A stretch of 64,000 bases of DNA from a virus: the IMG/VR virus record IMGVR_UViG_3300045541_000131, positions 1 to 64,000 of that record; one strand, written 5' to 3'. A model generated the notes under the pieces. The model was not told the DNA's origin. It saw only the letters and a program-made list of their open reading frames with translations, and did not search any database. Position numbers and translations under genes: made by a program. Shown here piece after piece: positions 39,692 to 49,377 of this stretch. Within the stretch, counting starts at the first letter, position 1; every line of letters begins with the position of its first letter.

Positions 39692-39961
39692 ATGTTTACA
39701 TTTGACGCTATGATTGACGCTGTACAAACCAGCAAGAAGACTTTTGTTAATACTTTCGTTACCAACGAAAAGGTTAAGTCTGCACTAATCGAATTTGTCG
39801 ATGCACAGACAGAATACACAAAGAATGCCAGCAAAGTTGGCATGAACACATTTTCAACTGTGGCCAAGGAAACAGTTAGTGCTGTTCAAAATGCTGCCAA
39901 GTTCGACTACAGCAAGTTCGGCGAAGGCATCATGAAGGCTTATCAAGCACAAACTAAGTAA
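39692..39961 (+). CDS. phasin-like protein
   Basis: AAGGAG RBS; IDAVQTSKKTFV...FVDAQTEY amphipathic helices. Confidence 0.55.
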   Translation: MFTFDAMIDAVQTSKKTFVNTFVTNEKVKSALIEFVDAQTEYTKNASKVGMNTFSTVAKETVSAVQNAAKFDYSKFGEGIMKAYQAQTK

Positions 39962-39980
39962 TTAAACTTAGCTCCAAATA

Positions 39981-40017
39981 AAAACCCCGACTAAATATAA
40001 GATTAGCGGGGTTTTTT
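39981..40017 (+). terminator. intrinsic terminator with TAAATA in its loop region
   Basis: aaaaccccg...cggggtttttt; TAAATA at 39992-39997. Confidence 0.7.
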
Positions 40018-40020
40018 ACT

Positions 40021-40431
40021 ATGCGATTTAACGAACTTGACCAGCCTACAGTAGGCGATATATTAGAAATTGAAATTGGCGACGAAATCGTCGAAGCTGT
40101 TATTGCTGAAATCGACGGTGATGAAATCATCAGTGAAACAGACAATGTTGAAGGCGGCAATTTACTATTAGAAAACATTCAATTAGACGAAGCTGAATAT
40201 CAAGGTCGTGAAGTTAAACTAGGCAAACCAATGGCTGGTGATGTTAAGAAATTTAAAGTCTATGTTCGCAATCCTGCTACAGGCAAAACTATCAAAGTAA
40301 ACTTTGGTGATCCCAACATGCGTATTAAGAAAAGCAATCCTGCAAGACGCCGCAGTTTCCGTGCAAGACATAATTGCAAGAATCCAGGACCAAGAACAAA
40401 AGCTCGCTACTGGAGTTGTAGAAAATGGTGA
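40021..40431 (+). CDS. hypothetical virion-internal-type protein with basic C-terminal domain
   Basis: MRFNEL start; LDEAEYQGR; [23 protein letters not shown]. Confidence 0.7.
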   Translation: MRFNELDQPTVGDILEIEIGDEIVEAVIAEIDGDEIISETDNVEGGNLLLENIQLDEAEYQGREVKLGKPMAGDVKKFKVYVRNPATGKTIKVNFGDPNMRIKKSNPARRRSFRARHNCKNPGPRTKARYWSCRKW

Positions 40432-41039
40432 TGAGATCTCATCACCCTATTACTTTTTCAGATCATTTTGCTTATGCGTTTACTAAAAGTCTGCGTTTCC
40501 TAGCAGATACATTTTTTAAGAAACGCTATGGCCATCGTGCTGTAATATTAGAAACTGTTGCTGGTGTGCCAGGAATGGTGGCTGGTATGTGGACGCATCT
40601 TAAAAGCCTGCGACAAATGCGGACAGGCTACGGTCCTAAAATTCGCACTCTATTAGGTGAGGCGGAAAATGAACGAATGCATCTAATGACATTTATTGAA
40701 ATAGCCAAGCCCACTTGGTTTGAAAGACTAATTGTTCTTTTAGCACAAGGAATATTTTGGCATATTTACTTTTTTATCTATGTGTTCTTTCCAAGGACAG
40801 CACATAGAATTGTAGGATACTTTGAAGAAGAAGCAGTTTATAGTTACACTGAATTCCTTAAAGAAATTGACGAAGGCAGGATTGAAAATGTTGCTGCTCC
40901 TCAAATAGCCATAGACTATTGGAAATTGGCCCGGGATGCCAGATTGCGCGATGTAGTGATAGCCGTAAGGGCCGATGAAGCTGGTCACAGAGATGTTAAT
41001 CATGAGTTCGCAGATCAAATTGACAAAGGACAGTGGTAA
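40425..41039 (+). CDS. aox: alternative oxidase (ubiquinol oxidase)
   Basis: [33 protein letters not shown] di-iron motifs. Confidence 0.95.
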   Translation: MVMRSHHPITFSDHFAYAFTKSLRFLADTFFKKRYGHRAVILETVAGVPGMVAGMWTHLKSLRQMRTGYGPKIRTLLGEAENERMHLMTFIEIAKPTWFERLIVLLAQGIFWHIYFFIYVFFPRTAHRIVGYFEEEAVYSYTEFLKEIDEGRIENVAAPQIAIDYWKLARDARLRDVVIAVRADEAGHRDVNHEFADQIDKGQW

Positions 41040-41659
41040 TATTGGACAACATTGAAGATCGGGATGTTTGGCCTAAATTAGATCCTGAAGATTTATGGAT
41101 CTATGATAAACTAATTGTAGCAAAAAAACTAGGACATCTTGCCGGGCCTGCAGGTGTGCCAGTGCCAAAACCAGACTGGTACATTGTTCGTCCTATTACT
41201 AATATCAGAATGATGAGCCGAGGCGCGGCAAGAGTATGGCTAACACCTGAAACTACCGATTCGGTTCCTGATGGATATTTCTGGAGTGAAATATTTACAG
41301 GGGACCATATTTCAGTCGACTATCGTTATGGTCAACAGGATCTTACTGTACAAGGCATTAAAAATAATAATAGGCTAGATAGATTTTATTGTTGGTATAA
41401 AGTTAATGCCAAACTTCCGCTGCCGGATATTTTGTTAGATCTGTCTAAAAAATATGAGTGGATAAATGTCGAATACATAGGTGGTCACGCAATAGAATTT
41501 CACCTAAGGTACAATGACGATTTTAGAAATCACGACGCAGATTTTATCTATCCTGTTTGGAAAGACGAACCTACTGCCCAGCCTGCAAACTCTAGCTGGT
41601 ATGAAAGCCCCGCTGGTGATAGATTAGGTTTCTGGGTCATAAATAAAAACACTTGTTAA
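41033..41659 (+). CDS. hypothetical protein (possible ATP-grasp fold)
   Basis: [39 protein letters not shown]. Confidence 0.55.
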   Translation: MVILDNIEDRDVWPKLDPEDLWIYDKLIVAKKLGHLAGPAGVPVPKPDWYIVRPITNIRMMSRGAARVWLTPETTDSVPDGYFWSEIFTGDHISVDYRYGQQDLTVQGIKNNNRLDRFYCWYKVNAKLPLPDILLDLSKKYEWINVEYIGGHAIEFHLRYNDDFRNHDADFIYPVWKDEPTAQPANSSWYESPAGDRLGFWVINKNTC

Positions 41660-41670
41660 AGAGGTGTTAA

Positions 41671-42114
41671 ATGAAAAAGCTATTAACTTTATTAGCATTT
41701 GCTGTATTCTCGACCGCAGCAGTTGCACAAAAACAACCCCCGATGGTCTGCTATGATTGGAAGCTAAATCGTGTAGTCGATGGCGACACTATTGAAGTTG
41801 CCACTCCATGGGTTCCTGATCCTATGCCTAAAAAGATGAGCGTTCGTGTGTTTGGTGTCGACACTCCTGAAAAAGGATTCCGTGCCAAGTGCGATAGCGA
41901 AGCCAAACGCGGCCAAGCTGCTACAGAATTTACCAAAAAGGTAATTACTGCCAGCAACACAGCTAAGGTCTGTGTCGTCGATTGGGACAAGTTCGGTGGT
42001 CGTATGTTGGGCGACATTGTATTAGATAACAATGTTAGCCTACGTGGTCTACTAATACAAAACGGCTTTGCTCGAGAATATTACGGCGAAGCAAAACAAA
42101 GTTGGTGTAATTAA
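41671..42114 (+). CDS. secreted thermonuclease (SNase family)
   Basis: Signal peptide; VVDGDT, RVFGVDTPE, DKFGGRML, NGFA. Confidence 0.9.
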   Translation: MKKLLTLLAFAVFSTAAVAQKQPPMVCYDWKLNRVVDGDTIEVATPWVPDPMPKKMSVRVFGVDTPEKGFRAKCDSEAKRGQAATEFTKKVITASNTAKVCVVDWDKFGGRMLGDIVLDNNVSLRGLLIQNGFAREYYGEAKQSWCN

Positions 42115-42137
42115 AAATGGCCCCTAGGGGCCATTTT
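42114..42137. terminator. bidirectional terminator
   Basis: aaaatggcccc-ta-ggggccatttt between convergent genes. Confidence 0.8.
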
Positions 42138-42867
42138 ATTTTTTCTCATAGACAAAATATAATCTGTCATTGTCTTTCTTAAACTCTAGCAGTTTAAGAT
42201 TATATTTTTCCGCAAACTCATTTACAATTTCAAAGCTCCAAGGGAAGATATCGACATAGGGACCTGTCTTGTGGGGAATACCTGGATTTGCTCGCATATA
42301 CATGCGACCTCCCTGAGCTAATAATTCTATACAACGGCCAAATCGCTGTTCAATTTCTTCTCTGCTATTAAAATTGATACTGCCTAAGGCCATAATAACA
42401 TCATGTGATCCGGACTTAACTTTATAGTCCAGAATGTCCACCATGTAGTCAGCGCAGTTATTATAAGGGTCAATGCCCACAATGTTTTGTATGCGTTCTT
42501 TAAATGGATGATAACCGCAGCCTACATCTAGAACAGAGTTGGGATTTAATTTATTAATTTCGTCAACTAGTTGCCAACCCGTATAATCGTATTCCCCGGT
42601 TCTGGGTTTCCATATTTCACCAAAAAATCTGTTGATATAGCGCTCACTGAGATCCGCAGTAATACTGCGAACAGTGCCGATATAATCACAAGGTAAATGC
42701 AATTCTGCTTCAACAGCATCTTTAAATTTACGATAGCGAGCAGGCGTCCACGGCAAATCTTGCACTACAGTATTTTCGTCTAGGCCGTCAGAAATTTTTT
42801 GATATTTGGGCAAATTAAAGGCTTGCTTTAAATTTTTTATTAAAAGTGCAAAAATTTTAGTATTCAT
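42136..42867 (-). CDS. class I SAM-dependent methyltransferase-like protein
   Basis: VLDVGCG; DVIMALGSINF. Confidence 0.75.
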   Translation of the reverse strand: MNTKIFALLIKNLKQAFNLPKYQKISDGLDENTVVQDLPWTPARYRKFKDAVEAELHLPCDYIGTVRSITADLSERYINRFFGEIWKPRTGEYDYTGWQLVDEINKLNPNSVLDVGCGYHPFKERIQNIVGIDPYNNCADYMVDILDYKVKSGSHDVIMALGSINFNSREEIEQRFGRCIELLAQGGRMYMRANPGIPHKTGPYVDIFPWSFEIVNEFAEKYNLKLLEFKKDNDRLYFVYEKK

Positions 42868-42936
42868 ATTAAAAAAATTGGATTAAGAACTAAATATTCC
42901 AACATATTAATTATATATTCTTTTTAACCTTATTTT

Positions 42937-43569
42937 ATGCGATACATATTCATGGCCGGAGTTCCTGGCAGCAAATGGAGCAGCGTTAGTAAAAACATCT
43001 ACTATAGCTCTAATATTGACCGTAGCGACTATACTGATGAGCGTACATATTATCACGATGCGTCAGGTAAATTAGAATTGATGCACACGGGTGCTTACTT
43101 TGACCCTGGCATGGAATTTGGCAGCTTTTTTGACAGATTAAATCAAGCAACTAAAAGTCAATGTGAATACGAATTCAATCGTGCATTTAACAAACCGTTT
43201 CAAAAAGAACACTATCGTATTATCAAAAGCCACGTGTTCTGCAATCACATTGACTACTTGAAAGCCACATGGCCAGAAAGCCCTGTTATTTTAGTTCATC
43301 GAACAGATGACGCTAGCTTAGGATGGTGGGTCAAGTGCGGTCACTTTAACATCACTTATCCCTTGTACAATGACTATTACAAAGACCTTGCCACAATGGC
43401 TAAAATTATTAAAAGCCAAAATCAAAACTTACTAACAGCCTGGGAAAAGTATTCTGGAATTGAAGTTAAAAACAATACTGAATTGGCCGACAGCTTGGGT
43501 ATTCGTAGACCTCCGCAAGAATACAAACAAGATTATATAAAATCTGACATACGAGTAAAAGTTATCTAA
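42937..43569 (+). CDS. hypothetical protein, sulfotransferase-like
   Basis: IFMAGVPGSKWS, IIKSH, VILVHR. Confidence 0.55.
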   Translation: MRYIFMAGVPGSKWSSVSKNIYYSSNIDRSDYTDERTYYHDASGKLELMHTGAYFDPGMEFGSFFDRLNQATKSQCEYEFNRAFNKPFQKEHYRIIKSHVFCNHIDYLKATWPESPVILVHRTDDASLGWWVKCGHFNITYPLYNDYYKDLATMAKIIKSQNQNLLTAWEKYSGIEVKNNTELADSLGIRRPPQEYKQDYIKSDIRVKVI

Positions 43570-45009
43570 ATGGAATACGCACTTTGGTTAGTACTGGGTA
43601 CTGTTTATGGATTGCTTATTGGCATTATACCCATGGCTGGTGCTACTACAGGCTTGCTGACTGTGTTTGCACTCAGTGACCAGTTTCTTGCTAATCCATA
43701 TCTTGGCATTATCTTTTTAACTAGCCTAGTGGCAGCGTCCAGTACTGGCGACAGTTTTACCAGTATCTTAACTGGCATACCTGGCAGCAATACTACCGCG
43801 GCTAGTATCATTGACGGATACAAAATGGCACAACAAGGGCAAGCTGCCAGAGCATTAGGCATTGCTATTATGGACAGCACTATCAACGGCATTATTTGGG
43901 GTTTGATTGCTTTTGCTCTGATGCCATTGTACGCAAAACTAATTTTAATATTTGGTATACCCGAGTTCCTTGCCTTTATGATTATAGCACTGGCTTGTGT
44001 GGGATTTATTGCCAGCAGAAATGTTTGGCTTAGTTTAACAGGTATCGGACTGGGAATATTTTTAGGATTCATCGGGCAAAACCCTGCCACAGGTGTTGCT
44101 AGATTTACTGGCGGCTGGGAATACTTAGAAGCCGGCATACAGATCATTCCTTTGATAGCAGGCCTATTTGGCATACCAGAAATAGTTGAAGGATTTAGAA
44201 ATAAAAGTCCCAGGGCTGCTGCAATTACTAATTACTGGAATCAACTGTTCCAAGGATTCAAAGACTGCGTTATACACTGGCGCGATATGATGCGTGGCGG
44301 CGTTATTGGGTTCTTTACTGGATTGTTACCAGGCATTGGCGGGACAATTGGCGACATCATGGCCTATGGTGCTACTGTGGCCAAATATCCCAATGAAAAG
44401 TTTGGCAACGGGAATGTCAAAGGGCTGTTGGGCTGTGAAGGTGCTAATAATGCACAAAAAGCGGGGAGTCTGGTTCCGACAGTTTTATTTGGCATTCCCG
44501 CTGCACCTTTCGCTGCGGTGCTGATGGCCATCTGTGTTTACTTTGGCATGGAGCTAGGCAGTCCGCAACTACCACAAGATGAAAAGTTTTTATGGAGTCT
44601 CGGCGGTGCGTTTATAGCCAGCACAATTTTAGTGCTGTTTATATCTGTGTTTACAGTTAGACTGGTAGTAAAGCTATTAGAAATACCTTATTGGATTTAT
44701 GCCACACTGATATTGTCAGTAATAGTTTGGAGTTCCATGGAATATACAGGAACAATTAATGACTTGTATATTTTGATATTGTGCAGTATATTAGGGTTGA
44801 TTTGTAAGTATGCAAAGATCAGCAGACCAGCAGTTATGGTTTCCTTTATTCTAGCAGAGCGTCTAGAAAAATACAGCCTGCAGACATTTACCTTATATCA
44901 ACCCGAAGATTTATTACATCGTCCACTGTTTATGATTTTAATAGCAGTAGCTATTGTAGTCATTGTTTACAGTTTAACAAAGAAAAATCGTGGTATTGAT
45001 TATCACTAA
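43570..45009 (+). CDS. tctA: tripartite tricarboxylate transporter large subunit TctA
   Basis: SILTGIPG, DGYKMAQQG, GLLPGIG, EGANNA, PTVLFGIP; many TMs. Confidence 0.9.
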   Translation: MEYALWLVLGTVYGLLIGIIPMAGATTGLLTVFALSDQFLANPYLGIIFLTSLVAASSTGDSFTSILTGIPGSNTTAASIIDGYKMAQQGQAARALGIAIMDSTINGIIWGLIAFALMPLYAKLILIFGIPEFLAFMIIALACVGFIASRNVWLSLTGIGLGIFLGFIGQNPATGVARFTGGWEYLEAGIQIIPLIAGLFGIPEIVEGFRNKSPRAAAITNYWNQLFQGFKDCVIHWRDMMRGGVIGFFTGLLPGIGGTIGDIMAYGATVAKYPNEKFGNGNVKGLLGCEGANNAQKAGSLVPTVLFGIPAAPFAAVLMAICVYFGMELGSPQLPQDEKFLWSLGGAFIASTILVLFISVFTVRLVVKLLEIPYWIYATLILSVIVWSSMEYTGTINDLYILILCSILGLICKYAKISRPAVMVSFILAERLEKYSLQTFTLYQPEDLLHRPLFMILIAVAIVVIVYSLTKKNRGIDYH

Positions 45010-45018
45010 GGAGAAAAA

Positions 45019-46092
45019 ATGAAACTTAAGACTATTTTTAAAACTCTTGTTGCTGCTGCCGTGCTGGCCGCATCCACTGCTCATGCAGAATTTAGAATGA
45101 TTGTTCCGCAGGGCCCGGGTCAAGGAACTAGTGTTTGGGCAGGTATCATTGCCAAGCACTTGGAAAAGCAACTGGGAGAAAAGGTTGTTATTCAACATAT
45201 TCCAGGTGCCAAAGACATTCCAGGCTTTAACGAATTCCACAATAAACTACGCATGGATAACAATACCATTATGGTCAGCCATGGTGGTAATGGTGTTAGT
45301 TTCTTAGTTGACAAGGTAGACTATGACTACAGTCAATATGAAAGCATTGGTATGCAGAACCTAAACATTGTGTTAGGTCGTAAAGAATCAATGGATCCAA
45401 AAAACCCTGCCAGTGTAGCCAGACTAGCTGGTGGCAGTGGCTTAGAGCCTGATGGCATGGCAGTGGCTATGTTGATGTGCGGCAACTTGCCTAAGAAGGA
45501 AGACTATCTTGCCTGCTTTAAAAAGCGTGTAATTTGGGTCAACGGTATTCCAGGAGCCGAACGTAGACTAGGATTTATGCGCGGCGAATTGAATACTACT
45601 CGTGAAACTACTGTTGCTTGGTTTAAGTTCTATACCAGTGTAGCAGAAAACAAACTATGGTTCCATCATGGCATTTATGATCTTAAGACAGGACGAGTAG
45701 GAGACGATCCTAACTTTCCCAAGGGCTATAAGTTTGAAGATGTGTTCAAGAGTATCCATGGCGTTGCACCCAAGGGCGAATTCTTTGAAGCTTATCAACT
45801 AAGCAGAACATTCCGTGATGTACTACAAAAGGCCTTATGGGTCAACAAAGGCAATCCTAATACACAAAGACTTCGTGCTGCTGTTCAGCGTATGATTACT
45901 GATCCAGAAGCTGCTGCTGCTCTAGAAGCAGACACTGGTAAATATGAATGGATTACAGGCGACGAAGGCAATAGAGTTGTAGATCGTCTACGCAGAAATG
46001 TCACTGAAAAGAAACTACAAGATCTAGTATGGTGGCACGATAATGCTTATGGATTCAAGAGTGAATTCAAACCACAATTGGTAATAAAATAA
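45019..46092 (+). CDS. TctC/Bug-like periplasmic substrate-binding protein
   Basis: Signal peptide; MIVPQGPGQGT...LEKQLGEKVVIQHIPGA; next to tctA. Confidence 0.7.
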   Translation: MKLKTIFKTLVAAAVLAASTAHAEFRMIVPQGPGQGTSVWAGIIAKHLEKQLGEKVVIQHIPGAKDIPGFNEFHNKLRMDNNTIMVSHGGNGVSFLVDKVDYDYSQYESIGMQNLNIVLGRKESMDPKNPASVARLAGGSGLEPDGMAVAMLMCGNLPKKEDYLACFKKRVIWVNGIPGAERRLGFMRGELNTTRETTVAWFKFYTSVAENKLWFHHGIYDLKTGRVGDDPNFPKGYKFEDVFKSIHGVAPKGEFFEAYQLSRTFRDVLQKALWVNKGNPNTQRLRAAVQRMITDPEAAAALEADTGKYEWITGDEGNRVVDRLRRNVTEKKLQDLVWWHDNAYGFKSEFKPQLVIK

Positions 46093-46805
46093 TGGCATAT
46101 AAAGATCAGGGTCAATACGAAAGTTCATGGGAATGGACTCGTGCAAACAGCCGGTATCACTTTGACTACACTCGCAGAGATCAGCCCGGGGAATATTATT
46201 TCCCCTTGGGTAGATTTGAAGGTGATTGGTCCGCAGAGCTTGCTGACACTATGGAACGCATGACCAGTCCTATAACATGGGCTACAAGAAAATACAGTCC
46301 CTACTACAACAAAGAAGACGGTACTAAGATTCAAAGCACTATGATCGAACAAGAAGAAAATGATCTTAAACGATCAGGCTTTGATGTTAATCTACAGCTA
46401 ACTGATGTGTTGGAAAAAGACGACATTGGTCCTATGATCTCGAAGATGTATGAATTTTTTGCCATAGATAATCCATGGGTGAGATTGCACATACAAAAGC
46501 CCGGGCAGATGTTTAATCTGCACATAGACAAATTGTATGAGCGTTCAGATGATCCCATGGATACTGTGAGAATAATTGTGCATTTGGCAGATTGGGAACC
46601 CGGACAGTTTTATCAGTATGGCACTTACACTCTAAGTCATTGGCGTGCTGGTGATATTCATACTTTTGATTGGCCCAATGTTCCCCATGCCACTGCTAAT
46701 GCTAGCCACAGTCTACGACCAACTTTAATGATGACTGGTCTTAAAACTGCAAGAACTAGAGAAATTCTAGCGGCTGCAACAGCTGATTCAATATATCGTA
46801 TATGA
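46092..46805 (+). CDS. cupin/2OG-Fe(II) oxygenase-like protein
   Basis: PGQMFNLHID...W.AGD...PHATAN...R. Confidence 0.6.
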   Translation: MAYKDQGQYESSWEWTRANSRYHFDYTRRDQPGEYYFPLGRFEGDWSAELADTMERMTSPITWATRKYSPYYNKEDGTKIQSTMIEQEENDLKRSGFDVNLQLTDVLEKDDIGPMISKMYEFFAIDNPWVRLHIQKPGQMFNLHIDKLYERSDDPMDTVRIIVHLADWEPGQFYQYGTYTLSHWRAGDIHTFDWPNVPHATANASHSLRPTLMMTGLKTARTREILAAATADSIYRI

Positions 46806-47431
46806 AACATTTTATAGTGCTTACCGGGCCGCAAGGCTCGGGTAATCACATGTGGAGTAAAATCTTTAGCTTACATAAAGACGTCTATGGCTGGAGTGAC
46901 CTAAACAACGAATTCTGGATAGGTCACGACAGAGAACCATTTAATACTTATTGGAAAAACATTAGTGCATTAAAAGATTTTGATTGGCAGCAAAGTGATT
47001 ACTATGTTTCCAGCATCAGTGTTCCCTACATGGAAAACGGTATGGCTACTGTACCAAAGATTAATGAATTTGTCGAATGTCTAGAATCTCTGGATATCAA
47101 AGCCACTGTCTGTGTTATTGGGCGTGATAAAAATATATTGTCCATGCAAGAACAACGACTCAGACTAGCAGAAACTTATCATCAAGCTCTCGAAGTATAC
47201 CAAAACTTGCCCATGGACAAAACTTACTTTTTAAGTCACGAGTTGTTGATTTTATATAGGCATCAATACTTAAATAAAATAAGCAAAGATTTAAATTTTC
47301 CCGTCGATGTTAGTAATTCCAAAGTCGAAGACATTCTCGGCGAAAATGCAAACAAAAAATATCTAAGACCCATCGACGATCATTGGGTTGATGATTTAGC
47401 AAGAAATAGTTCAAGGAAATGGCATGACTAA
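46802..47431 (+). CDS. P-loop/sulfotransferase-like protein
   Basis: VLTGPQGSGNH.WSKIFS.H. Confidence 0.55.
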   Translation: MKHFIVLTGPQGSGNHMWSKIFSLHKDVYGWSDLNNEFWIGHDREPFNTYWKNISALKDFDWQQSDYYVSSISVPYMENGMATVPKINEFVECLESLDIKATVCVIGRDKNILSMQEQRLRLAETYHQALEVYQNLPMDKTYFLSHELLILYRHQYLNKISKDLNFPVDVSNSKVEDILGENANKKYLRPIDDHWVDDLARNSSRKWHD

Positions 47432-48275
47432 AAAGATTTTGATTATGGGTTTACCCGGTGCCGGCAAGACTTATTTTGCTGAGCGTCTCAAAGCTTGGCT
47501 CGAACGCAACGGCGAAGCATCTGCAGAGCGTTTAAGTCAATACGAGATGTTACCCAGTGCTATGGAACTACGAGCAAAAGTAGATTGGTTCAATGCCGAT
47601 GATGTTCGCAGAAAATACAACGACTGGGACTTTAGTAAGGAAGGTCGTATTCGTCAAAGTTTACGTATGTTTGAATTTGCGCTTCGTTGTAGCGGCGAAT
47701 ATGTAATCTGTGACTTTGTTGCACCTTTGCCCGAAATGCGAGCAAACTTCAAAGCAGACTGGACAATTTGGATTGACACTATTGATGCAGGTCGTTATGA
47801 AGACACTAACAAAGCATTCGTAGCACCAGATGTCTATGACTTCCGCATCACTGAACAAAACGCAGAGAAGTGGGTAGAGTTTGTGGGTCAACATATCATT
47901 GAAGATCGCCGTAGACCAGTATTTGACTGGCGCAAAGAAACTGTACAGATGTTGGGTCGCTGGCAACCATGGCATCCAGGTCATCGTGCTTTGTTTGAGC
48001 GTAGTATTGCTAAAACAGGACAGGTTTGCATCATGATTCGCGATTGTCAAGGTTGGAATGGATCAAATCCTTTTGACTTTGAACAAGTAAAGAATTTTAT
48101 CAAGCGTGATTTAGATCCATTATATCAAGGCCAATATACTATTCAACTGGTGCCTAATATTGTAAACATCACTTATGGCAGAGATGTTGGCTATAAGATT
48201 GAACAAGAAGTGTTCGATGATGCCACACATGCTATCAGTGCTACAAAAATTCGTAAACAAATGGGCATAGAGTGA
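47424..48275 (+). CDS. adenylyl-sulfate kinase-like domain fused to HxGH nucleotidyltransferase
   Basis: GLPGAGKT, NADDVR...DFS.EGR; GRWQPWHPGH...ISATKIR. Confidence 0.8.
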   Translation: MTKKILIMGLPGAGKTYFAERLKAWLERNGEASAERLSQYEMLPSAMELRAKVDWFNADDVRRKYNDWDFSKEGRIRQSLRMFEFALRCSGEYVICDFVAPLPEMRANFKADWTIWIDTIDAGRYEDTNKAFVAPDVYDFRITEQNAEKWVEFVGQHIIEDRRRPVFDWRKETVQMLGRWQPWHPGHRALFERSIAKTGQVCIMIRDCQGWNGSNPFDFEQVKNFIKRDLDPLYQGQYTIQLVPNIVNITYGRDVGYKIEQEVFDDATHAISATKIRKQMGIE

Positions 48276-48496
48276 ACAAGTATCACATTCGGTTTAATAC
48301 CAAACACGACGGCAGTGATTTAGTTTGGCGTATCTTTGAAAATGGTGTAGAACATCTAGCAACAGATGTTCGCATCATCGGCGAAACTTATACTGAATGC
48401 ACCGAAGAGCATGGCGAAACTAAGTGGAATATAGCCTGCAAAGGTCGTTTGGTATGGGTGGATAAGGTCGCTGTGATCGTTACCGGAAAAGATTAA
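48272..48496 (+). CDS. hypothetical protein
   Basis: Coupled ORF. Confidence 0.6.
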   Translation: MNKYHIRFNTKHDGSDLVWRIFENGVEHLATDVRIIGETYTECTEEHGETKWNIACKGRLVWVDKVAVIVTGKD

Positions 48497-48699
48497 TGAA
48501 TGAATCTAATACTCGTAGTCTTGTAAAAACCGTAAGTTGGCGCTTGACTGGTTCGGGCGCCACTTTTTTGATTGCTTATCTTATATCAGGCAACTTAACT
48601 GTGGGCGGAACTATTGCTGTTATTCAGTTAGTGTCTAATACTATTTTATATTATATACACGAAAGAATTTGGAATCGTATTAATTGGGGTAAAAAATAA
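48496..48699 (+). CDS. DUF2061 membrane protein
   Basis: RSLVKTVSWR...YYIHERIW..I.WG. Confidence 0.85.
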   Translation: MNESNTRSLVKTVSWRLTGSGATFLIAYLISGNLTVGGTIAVIQLVSNTILYYIHERIWNRINWGKK

Positions 48700-48708
48700 A
48701 TAGTTTAA

Positions 48709-48805
48709 CACCTTAGGACCGTTACTCAGTTATCTGAGCCTAAGGCGTCCGGCGGCTGCTGCCGGTGTTGCCCGGATTCGCTACCCTGAGGCGCACGAAG
48801 TGAGC
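48709..48805 (+). ncRNA. candidate structured ncRNA / cis-regulatory RNA
   Basis: GC-rich intergenic island after TAAATA; stems CCTTAGG/CCTAAGG, CTCAG/CTGAG, CCGGC/GCCGG; possible pseudoknot TTCGCT/AGTGAG. Confidence 0.6.
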
Positions 48806-48819
48806 ATTTATTTTTGACT

Positions 48820-49374
48820 ATGAAAACAATTATACTTGTAGCATTACCCGAAGAACTAGACAGCAGTCTAGTTGATGTGCCCGTTGTTTATACAGGAGTG
48901 GGCATCAGCAATGCTGCTATGATGACCTATGATGCTATAATAGAGCATAGTCCAGACTTAGTCATCAACTATGGTAGCGCAGGTAGTTTGAAAAACTACA
49001 AAGGATTATTGCCTGTTAATCGTGTTTGCCAGCGTGATGCAGATTGTAGCCCGTTACGTGATCGTGGCTACATGTTAGGTGAAAATGTGTTATACTATCA
49101 TAGCGGCGAAGATGGTGTTTATTGCGGCAGTGGCAATAACTTTGTTACAAAGCCCGATACTTGGACGCTAAATCATTGCGATATTGTCGATATGGAACTT
49201 TGGAGCATAGCTAAAGTTTGCGAATACCACAATGTTCGGTGGATCAGCCGCAAATGGATCAGCGATAATGCTGATAGCGAAGCGGGAAACACATGGGAAA
49301 CAGCACTAGCAGCAGGTCAGCAAGAATTCATCAAATGGTTTAAGTCAGGTAAATATACTAATATCTGCCCTTAA
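48820..49374 (+). CDS. MTA/SAH nucleosidase-like (PNP_UDP_1 family)
   Basis: VALPEE, TGVG..NAA, INYGSAG, VDMEL..IA, KWISDNAD. Confidence 0.85.
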   Translation: MKTIILVALPEELDSSLVDVPVVYTGVGISNAAMMTYDAIIEHSPDLVINYGSAGSLKNYKGLLPVNRVCQRDADCSPLRDRGYMLGENVLYYHSGEDGVYCGSGNNFVTKPDTWTLNHCDIVDMELWSIAKVCEYHNVRWISRKWISDNADSEAGNTWETALAAGQQEFIKWFKSGKYTNICP

Positions 49375-49377
49375 ACT

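Noticed and set aside
48709-48805. tRNA or a known SAM/SAH/glmS/pistol RNA
   Set aside because: No cloverleaf or CCA, and I could not match the conserved cores by eye; kept as an unknown RNA.
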